Assembly (NCBI GenBank): GCA_947467125.1
Contig: CANIGN010000002.1
Location: 1 to 45,068, forward strand
DNA from: Bacteriovoracaceae bacterium
GTDB lineage: Bacteria > Bdellovibrionota > UBA2428
DNA length: 45,068 nt
Direction: 5' to 3'
Every line of letters starts with the position of its first letter. Position 1 is the first letter of the stretch. Both the position numbers and the translations under genes were made by a program. Of this stretch, positions 18,435-25,270 are shown in pieces. The notes under the pieces were generated by a model. It searched no databases and was not told the origin of the DNA. It was given only the letters and a program-made list of their open reading frames with translations.

Positions 18435-19691
18435 TTAAACTAAATCCGTAAACCAACTTTTGATTTGCTTACCTGCATTCAAAACTGGCTCCATCACATT
18501 GTTCGTATTTTTACGTTTCATTCTTGATCCGCGCTTTTGAACACTTACCCACTCAACAAGTCCTAAAACTGAAGAGTAAGAAGGATGTACAAATTGAGCA
18601 TCTAAACCTTCCATTGCTGTTGGCAAAGATCGCTTAATTGGCAAATCAAAAACTCTTTCAGCAAGCTCTTGAGTTCCGGGGAGCATAGTTGCTCCACCTG
18701 TTAAAACAAGTCCCGCGCCTAATTTATCTTGGTATCCGCTTTGAAGAATTTCTTTTTTCAAAAAGTTAAAAATCTCTTCAAGACGAGGCTCGACGATTTC
18801 GCCTACAAGTTTTTGTTGAATGATTCGAGGAGCTCCTCCCCCAACAGGAAAAATCTCAAGCGTTGCGCCTTCATCAATATAGCTCTTAAGAGCACAAGCT
18901 TTTTCAATCTTCAATTTTTCAGCTTCGTTTTGTGGAGTGCGAAGTCCGATTGCAAGATCTTGAGTTAAGTGAGTTCCACCTAATGCAATTCCTCCTGTAT
19001 GAACAAGTGCCCCTGCTGAGTAAATAGCAAAATCACTCGTTCCGCCTCCGATATCAATAACAGCCACACCCAACTCTTTTTCGTCTTGAGATAAAAGAAG
19101 ACCAGAAGTTGCAAGACTTTGAAGAACAATTTCAGATGAATGAATTCCTGCTTTATGACAACATCGAATTAAATTTTGAATTGCAGAACGTGAAGCTGTG
19201 ACGATATGAACTTTTGCTTCTAAACGTGTTCCTACCATTCCCAATGGATCACGAATTTCGTCTTGCCCGTCTATTTTGTATTCTTGAGGAATCACATGCA
19301 AAGGCATGCGATCGTTTGGAATCGCAAGTGCGCTTGCAGAATCGATCACTCTTTTCACATCAACCGGAGTGACTTCTCTTCCTTTAATTCCCGCAACACC
19401 TGAAGAATTGAGTCCTTGAATATGTGGTCCAGAAATTCCAATCACCGCAGAAGTGATTTTCGCTCCTGAATTTGATTCCGCTTCTTCTATAGATTCAGAT
19501 AAAGCATTTACTGTTTCATCAATGTTTGAAACAAAACCTTTCTTTAACCCTGCAGACTTTGAAGTACCCACACCCAATATTTTATAATGTGCGCCTCCCT
19601 CGTTATTTTCTGAAGAATTTAAAGATGCCACAACCGTTGTAATTTTTGTGGAACCAAAATCCAATGCGACGACAATTTCGTCAGTTTTCAT
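18435..19691 (-). CDS. ftsA: Cell division protein FtsA
   Basis: Actin-like ATPase motifs are [24 protein letters not shown] and [10 protein letters not shown]. It lies between ftsQ and ftsZ. I chose the start at 19691 (MKTDEIV) because a G7 SD-like tract lies 5 nt upstream; the longest ORF reaches 19736. Confidence 0.95.
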   Translation of the reverse strand: MKTDEIVVALDFGSTKITTVVASLNSSENNEGGAHYKILGVGTSKSAGLKKGFVSNIDETVNALSESIEEAESNSGAKITSAVIGISGPHIQGLNSSGVAGIKGREVTPVDVKRVIDSASALAIPNDRMPLHVIPQEYKIDGQDEIRDPLGMVGTRLEAKVHIVTASRSAIQNLIRCCHKAGIHSSEIVLQSLATSGLLLSQDEKELGVAVIDIGGGTSDFAIYSAGALVHTGGIALGGTHLTQDLAIGLRTPQNEAEKLKIEKACALKSYIDEGATLEIFPVGGGAPRIIQQKLVGEIVEPRLEEIFNFLKKEILQSGYQDKLGAGLVLTGGATMLPGTQELAERVFDLPIKRSLPTAMEGLDAQFVHPSYSSVLGLVEWVSVQKRGSRMKRKNTNNVMEPVLNAGKQIKSWFTDLV

Positions 19692-19696
19692 ACGGA

Positions 19697-19703
19697 CCCC
19701 CCC
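19697..19703 (-). promoter_or_regulatory. G7 homopolymer (SD-like) 5 nt upstream of the ftsA ATG
   Basis: The minus strand reads ACGGGGGGG-TCCGT-ATG. Tract and spacing are the same as for ftsZ. Confidence 0.5.
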
Positions 19704-19812
19704 GTCAATACATCGTTCACGACACAATTCATGCATCGCGTTTTCTTGACTCTGTATTGCCCTAATATCTAATTTAAATGAGTATCAAGAGTTCTCAAAC
19801 TGTTGACAGTGT

Positions 19813-20481
19813 CTATAAACTGACGACTGCTCGTTTATTGTATGTTGCGTCAATTTTTTTCGCACGTATTCCACGTGAACTCAAAAACTCTAACGACTGT
19901 TTTGCTTTTTTCCAATTTTCAAAAAAGTTTTGAGACCCCAAAACAATCTTCGCATTTTTTAAATTTGCTTGCTCTACAATCACGACAAGCCCCAATTCCT
20001 TATCCCATGTCAATCCATTGACTTCTTCGGGATGCTCCTGATTGAGCCAATCAAGAACTGAAAGATAAATATCCTTATCCAAAGGAATAGGCCAAAAACA
20101 AGGAAGAGATCGAGGGCTCTTTGAAAAAGCAATTCCTTCTTTATCCACTTGCCAAAGTTGTTGTCCAATAAAGATAAGAGCCACACCGTCTCTTTCTTCA
20201 AGCTCAAGACGAAGCTTATGAGGCCAATTTTTTTGAAAATGCAGAGTTTTTAAAATTTTATTCTTACTCAAAAGCTTTTCAGATATTTTTTCTAAATCAA
20301 CTTCCCAAAGGTTTTCACCTACAACTTCTTTTACTTGAGGACGAATCAAATCCTGAGTTGCTACATTTTTTGAAACAATCTCAATGTTTTGAATTTTAAA
20401 AAAAGAAGATCTTAAAAAACAAACCACTCCAAGAGTGAGAATGAAAACCCAAGTCAGGATTCGTGCAGGTTTTTTTTTCAC
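19813..20481 (-). CDS. ftsQ: Cell division protein FtsQ (POTRA domain)
   Basis: It occupies the position between ddl and ftsA. It has a single N-terminal TM (ILTWVFILTLGVVCFL). At 222 aa it has a typical bitopic FtsQ/DivIB architecture. The sequence itself is poorly diagnostic. Confidence 0.7.
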   Translation of the reverse strand: MKKKPARILTWVFILTLGVVCFLRSSFFKIQNIEIVSKNVATQDLIRPQVKEVVGENLWEVDLEKISEKLLSKNKILKTLHFQKNWPHKLRLELEERDGVALIFIGQQLWQVDKEGIAFSKSPRSLPCFWPIPLDKDIYLSVLDWLNQEHPEEVNGLTWDKELGLVVIVEQANLKNAKIVLGSQNFFENWKKAKQSLEFLSSRGIRAKKIDATYNKRAVVSL

Positions 20482-21459
20482 TTATTTTTTTAACCCTTTT
20501 TGTCTGGAGATTGATTGAGTAACCAAAAACTCTACAAAATCTTCAAAACTAAGTCCCTTTGCCTTTGCAGCTTTAGGAACAAGAGACGTGGCAGTCATTC
20601 CAGGCAAAGTATTTGCCTCAAGAATAAAAAATTCACCCGAATCTCGAAGCATCACATCTATGCGCGCATAATCCTGGCAACGTAAAACTTTAAATGCTTT
20701 TAAGCATGCTGCTTGGATTTTTTGAGAAAGCTCTAATTCAAGAGGGGCTGGACAAAGATACTCCGTCTGCCCCGCTGTATATTTGCTTGTATAATCATAG
20801 AATTTTGAATTCGGCCGTATTTCAACAAGCGGATAAGCCTCGTCCATGACCACAGCACATGTTAACTCTCGACCCTCAATCCACTCTTCAATAATTAATT
20901 CATCATCAAATTGAAAAGCTTTTTCACACAAATCTCTGAATACTGATTTTCTTTCATTTTCAGGAAATTCTTTTGGATCATAGCGATAAACGCCGATCGT
21001 ACTTCCCTGACAAGCGGCTTTGATAAAACTTTTTTTATTTAAAATTTTAGGATTTTCTTTAAGGAGTTGATCATAAGAAAATTTTATTCTTTCGCAAATA
21101 ATAAAGGGCGCAACGGGACTTCCATTTTGCTTCAGTAAACTTTGCGTGACGGCCTTGTTAAAACACAAAGCGCTAGAAAGAACTCCGCTTCCTACATAAG
21201 GGACGCCTATGGTTTCTAAAAATCCCTGGACTCTTCCATCTTCTCCAAAAGTTCCATGAAGACCCAAAACAACCAAATCGGGCTTGTGCGATTGAAAAAG
21301 ACCTAAAAGATCCTTTTGCGACTTAATTTCAACACCCTTTGCTTGAAATCCTTTTGAGAGAAGGGCTGCAAGGAGATTCGCTCCGGTTTTAAGACTCACT
21401 TCTCGCTCCGAGGACTCTCCACCATAAATGACCCAAACTTCTTGAGCTTTCATAATCAT
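20482..21459 (-). CDS. ddl: D-alanine--D-alanine ligase
   Basis: Motifs seen are VIYGGESSEREVSL, GLHGTFGEDGRVQGFLE and the ATP-grasp C-terminus ILEANTLPGMT. The stop codon abuts the ftsQ start. Confidence 0.9.
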   Translation of the reverse strand: MIMKAQEVWVIYGGESSEREVSLKTGANLLAALLSKGFQAKGVEIKSQKDLLGLFQSHKPDLVVLGLHGTFGEDGRVQGFLETIGVPYVGSGVLSSALCFNKAVTQSLLKQNGSPVAPFIICERIKFSYDQLLKENPKILNKKSFIKAACQGSTIGVYRYDPKEFPENERKSVFRDLCEKAFQFDDELIIEEWIEGRELTCAVVMDEAYPLVEIRPNSKFYDYTSKYTAGQTEYLCPAPLELELSQKIQAACLKAFKVLRCQDYARIDVMLRDSGEFFILEANTLPGMTATSLVPKAAKAKGLSFEDFVEFLVTQSISRQKGLKK

Positions 21460-21514
21460 AGTCTAACAATTAGCGCCTACGTTTTACACATCAAGGATTA
21501 GACTTTTTTAGTCT
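21460..21514. repeat. Inverted/dyad copies of AGTCTAA / TTAGACT in the ddl / VKOR-dsbA divergent intergenic region
   Basis: AGTCTAA lies at 21460..21466 and abuts the ddl ATG. TTAGACT lies at 21498..21504. AGTCT at 21510..21514 forms AGACT-TTTTT-AGTCT with it. Confidence 0.4.
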
Positions 21515-21534
21515 TCATGGGCTAAATTTTTTTT

Positions 21535-22734
21535 ATGGCCGAAAACCGTCGCCTTATTTCGAATATCAAAACCTTTTTACTTACGGGAATAGTCGGCTGG
21601 ATTGTTTCTCTTTATACACTTTGGCATCGCGCAAAGGTTCAAGCGGGAGTTGATTTAGGTCAGGCCTTTTGCAACATCAACTCCAAAGTAAATTGCGATA
21701 GCATTGCTCTTTCATCTTTTTCTTCAATAGGGGGCTTTTCAGTTTCTCTTTTGGGAATGATTTTTTTTACGATTGTCACAATTTTGGCGCTCAGAACTCT
21801 TCGATCCGTCAATCAAGGATTTATGGGCGACCTTACGCGAAAACTTATAATGATTTCATCCTATGTGGGAATTTTGAGTTCTATAGCATTAGCGACCTTA
21901 AGCCTCACTGTGATTGGAGCCTTTTGTTTAGTCTGTGGAATTGTTTATGCCCTTTGCTTCTCCCTTTTTTATTCAACCCGTAAAATATCTAAAGATACCT
22001 CTTCAATAGTTAAGAAAGAAAGGTTTAGCCCTTCTTTCCTTATCCTTTCAGTCTCTTTGATCTCTGCTCAATATCTTTTCCAACCACTTTCAGAATCAGC
22101 GGCACGAAATGCCCTCTCTCTTAATTCTGGAGAAGGAATCGCCCCTGAATTTTTAAAACAAGTCATGAGCGAATATGAAAGTGGAAATTCCTATGAAATT
22201 TCTCCTCAAAAGAGCCCTGTTGAAGGAAGTCCTAAAGCAAAAGTTACCATTGTTGAATTTAGTGACTTTGAGTGCCCACACTGTGCTGAAAACCACAAAC
22301 ATTTACCCGTTGTTGCGAAGAGTTTTGGGGAAGACGTTCGAATCATATATAAAAACTATCCTCTTGATCCGGCTTGTAATAGTGCAGGAATGCATCACAA
22401 AGCTTGCTTAGCAGCTTATGCTGCTCGATGTGTATTTCAAAAAAAAGGTTTCGATGGATTTAAAAAAATTCAAGATTACCTTTTTGAAAACCAAGAATTT
22501 TTTGACAAAAAAAGTATCCAAGAAAAAGTCTTTTCCACTGGAATTTCAAAAGATGATTTTGAGAAGTGCCTTGATTCAAATGTAATCAAACAAGAAATCG
22601 CGGATGAAATTGAATTAGGGAAAAGCTTGGGATTGGACTCAACGCCCTCTATTTATGTGAATGGGCGTTTTTTAAAAATGGGCGCAAATCCTGACGTTCT
22701 TCAAAGTGTTCTCAAAGAAATATTAAAAAAATAG
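21535..22734 (+). CDS. VKOR (vitamin K epoxide reductase homolog) fused to a DsbA-like thioredoxin domain
   Basis: The N-terminal multi-TM part has the loop Cys pair CNINSKVNC and a membrane CxxC, CLVC (21925..21936). The C-terminal soluble part has FSDFECPHCAE, with CPHC at 22273..22284. Confidence 0.8.
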   Translation: MAENRRLISNIKTFLLTGIVGWIVSLYTLWHRAKVQAGVDLGQAFCNINSKVNCDSIALSSFSSIGGFSVSLLGMIFFTIVTILALRTLRSVNQGFMGDLTRKLIMISSYVGILSSIALATLSLTVIGAFCLVCGIVYALCFSLFYSTRKISKDTSSIVKKERFSPSFLILSVSLISAQYLFQPLSESAARNALSLNSGEGIAPEFLKQVMSEYESGNSYEISPQKSPVEGSPKAKVTIVEFSDFECPHCAENHKHLPVVAKSFGEDVRIIYKNYPLDPACNSAGMHHKACLAAYAARCVFQKKGFDGFKKIQDYLFENQEFFDKKSIQEKVFSTGISKDDFEKCLDSNVIKQEIADEIELGKSLGLDSTPSIYVNGRFLKMGANPDVLQSVLKEILKK

Positions 22735-22741
22735 TTTAAAC

Positions 22742-22761
22742 TGTTCCTAGAAGCAGGAACA
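22742..22761 (+). promoter_or_regulatory. Perfect 7-bp hairpin between VKOR-dsbA and gloB; its 3' arm contains the likely gloB SD
   Basis: TGTTCCT-agaagc-AGGAACA lies 8 nt after the upstream stop and 5 nt before the gloB GTG. No U-tract follows, so it is not a classic terminator. Confidence 0.35.
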
Positions 22762-22766
22762 AAGGC

Positions 22767-23447
22767 GTGAACGTAGAGATTTTCAAACAAGGCACTGACA
22801 ACTGGGGCTACATCCTTAGAAACGCACAAAACAAGTGTCTTCTTTTAGACCCTCTTGATGCAAATCTTTATGAAAAAAAAATTCGCTCCCTGAAATTAAC
22901 TCCTATTGCGATTTTACTCACTCATTACCACCAAGATCACATAGCAGGAGTCCCTGAACTTTTAAAAAAATTCTCAATCCCCGTCTTGGGACCTGAAGAT
23001 AATGAACAAACTCCAGAAATTGTTACAGATAAGGTAGCAGGAGAAATACAACTTTTAGAAAATACTATTTTTTGTTACACCATGCCTGGGCACACACGCG
23101 CACTCAACACGTACCATTTCAAAAAATCTAAACAGCTTTTTGTGGGTGATTTATTATTCAATCTTGGATGTGGAAGAGTTTTTGAAGGCACTCATGAACA
23201 ACATTACGCTAGCCTTCAACATTTAAAAGAGCTTCCAATTGATACTGAAATTTTTGTAGGCCATGACTACCGAGAAAAAAATCTGAATTTTGCAAAAAAA
23301 CTTGATCCAAATTTTTATTCAGCTCTTCAGCTCGAAGATCTTCAAGAAAGCACCTCACTTGAAATGGAGCTTTGGTGGAATCCTTTCTTGAAAGCTCCCT
23401 CTTTTGAAGCTTGGAAAAGGCTCAGAGACTTACGCGATCAATCGTAG
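22767..23447 (+). CDS. gloB: Hydroxyacylglutathione hydrolase (glyoxalase II, MBL fold)
   Basis: The metal motif is LLTHYHQDHIAG (HxHxDH), with later MPGHT and VGHDY. The start is GTG. At 226 aa it is slightly short for the family. Confidence 0.75.
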   Translation: MNVEIFKQGTDNWGYILRNAQNKCLLLDPLDANLYEKKIRSLKLTPIAILLTHYHQDHIAGVPELLKKFSIPVLGPEDNEQTPEIVTDKVAGEIQLLENTIFCYTMPGHTRALNTYHFKKSKQLFVGDLLFNLGCGRVFEGTHEQHYASLQHLKELPIDTEIFVGHDYREKNLNFAKKLDPNFYSALQLEDLQESTSLEMELWWNPFLKAPSFEAWKRLRDLRDQS

Positions 23448-23450
23448 TTT

Positions 23451-23939
23451 TTATTGTCTTTTTGAACGGAAAAAGTTTTGGAGAATTTGTCGACATTCTT
23501 CTTCGAGGACGCCCTCGATTTTTATAATATCATGATTTAGCCAAGCATCTTCATGAACCGTATAACGAGATCCCATCGCTCCCGCTCTTAAATCACGACA
23601 TCCATAAACAACTCGATCAAGTCGAGACAAAGAAAGAGCCCCTGCACACATTACGCAAGGCTCAAGCGTAACCACAAGGGTATAGCCTTTCAGGCGCCAA
23701 GCTTTTTCTATTTGAGAAGCTGCTCTTAGCGCTAAGACCTCTGCATGAGCAGTTGGATCTTTTAAATTTTCTCTTTGATTAAAAGCTTCTGCAACGATTT
23801 TTCCATCAACGTTTACAAGAACAGCCCCCACAGGAACATCGCCTTTTAGTTGAGCCTCTTCGGCCAATTCCAAAGCTCTCTTCATATAAGGAGTCCAATC
23901 GCGCTCAAGACTCCATTTTTTTTTAGAAATTAAAGTCAT
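23451..23939 (-). CDS. tadA: tRNA adenosine(34) deaminase
   Basis: CDA-fold zinc motifs are HAEVLALR (H-A-E) and PCVMCAGAL (PCxxC). Length is 162 aa. Confidence 0.9.
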   Translation of the reverse strand: MTLISKKKWSLERDWTPYMKRALELAEEAQLKGDVPVGAVLVNVDGKIVAEAFNQRENLKDPTAHAEVLALRAASQIEKAWRLKGYTLVVTLEPCVMCAGALSLSRLDRVVYGCRDLRAGAMGSRYTVHEDAWLNHDIIKIEGVLEEECRQILQNFFRSKRQ

Positions 23940-23942
23940 GGA

Positions 23943-25256
23943 TTATTTTTTGCGAATAACGTCCACTCCACCCATATAAGGAATTAAAACTTCTGGAACT
24001 TTTATACTTCCATCTTCTTGTTGGTAATTTTCAAGAACTGCAATCAAAGTACGACCTACCGCAAGTCCCGATCCATTTAAGGTATGAACAAAGCGAGTTC
24101 CCTTTTCTTTAGATTTATAACGAATCTTACTTCGACGAGCTTGATAGTCACTGCAATCAGAACATGAAGAAATTTCTCTGTAGCAGCCGCGCTGAGAACC
24201 TTCAAAGAGAGAGCCTGGAAGCCAAACTTCAATGTCATAAGTTTTTTGAGCATTATTTCCCGTATCCCCTGAGCACAAAAGCATAACTCTGTAAGGAATG
24301 TTTAAAGCTTGCAAAATACTTTCTGCATCAGCGGTCATTTTCTCTAATTCATTTAGACTTTCTTCAGGAGCAACCAATTTTACAAGTTCAACTTTATGAA
24401 ACTGATGTTGGCGTATGAGTCCCTTTGTGTCTTTTCCATAAGATCCTGCTTCTGAACGAAAACAGGGAGAAAAGGCCATAAAATATTTTGGAAGAATTTC
24501 TTCGGGCACCATTTCATCGGCAAAAAGACTTGTCACAGGAACTTCCGCAGTTGGAATTAAATACTTATCGTCATTTTCAATTTTAAAAACATCTTCTTTA
24601 AATTTTGGAAACTGCCCAATTCCGTAAAAAGTTTGTGCCGAAACCATATAAGGCGGAATAATTTCTTCGTATCCCTTTCGACGATGATGATCGAGCATGA
24701 AGTTCACAAGAGCTCGCTCAAGTTGAGCAAGGGCTCCTCGAATAAATGTAAAACGCGCTCCGCTTATTTTTGCAGCTCTTTCAAAATCAAGAAGTCCTAA
24801 AGCTTCGCCCAACTCATCATGAGCTTTCGGTTGAAAATTGAAGTTCTTTTTTTCTCCCCACGCTCTTACTTCTTTATTTTGATGAGCAGATTTTCCAACA
24901 GGAACAGACTCGTGAATCCAGTTTGCAATCACTTCAAGAGTTTCTTTAAAGGATTGATCGATCTTTTCAAATTCAGAGTTGATCACGTTCATTTGATCGC
25001 CCACTTCTTTTGCTCTGGCTTTGAGGTCTTCAGCCTCTGCTTTTTTGCCTTGTTTCATGAGCTGACCAACATTTTCTGAAACTTTGTTACGTTCAGCCTG
25101 CAAAGCATTTAACTGAAGCTGCCCCTTACTTCTTTCTTCAGAAAGCTTAAGAATTTTTTGACAAATATTTAGGCTTTCAGAATCACTATAGCCACGCGCT
25201 AAAAGCGCTTTTTGAAAAGACTCAGGATTCGCAACAACTCTTCTCCAATCAATCAT
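23943..25256 (-). CDS. serS: Seryl-tRNA synthetase
   Basis: It has an N-terminal coiled-coil arm and a class II core: FSPCFRSEAGSYGKDTKGLIRQHQF (motif 2) and TLNGSGLAVGRTLIAVLENYQ (motif 3). Confidence 0.95.
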   Translation of the reverse strand: MIDWRRVVANPESFQKALLARGYSDSESLNICQKILKLSEERSKGQLQLNALQAERNKVSENVGQLMKQGKKAEAEDLKARAKEVGDQMNVINSEFEKIDQSFKETLEVIANWIHESVPVGKSAHQNKEVRAWGEKKNFNFQPKAHDELGEALGLLDFERAAKISGARFTFIRGALAQLERALVNFMLDHHRRKGYEEIIPPYMVSAQTFYGIGQFPKFKEDVFKIENDDKYLIPTAEVPVTSLFADEMVPEEILPKYFMAFSPCFRSEAGSYGKDTKGLIRQHQFHKVELVKLVAPEESLNELEKMTADAESILQALNIPYRVMLLCSGDTGNNAQKTYDIEVWLPGSLFEGSQRGCYREISSCSDCSDYQARRSKIRYKSKEKGTRFVHTLNGSGLAVGRTLIAVLENYQQEDGSIKVPEVLIPYMGGVDVIRKK

Positions 25257-25270
25257 AGGGCACTACTCTA

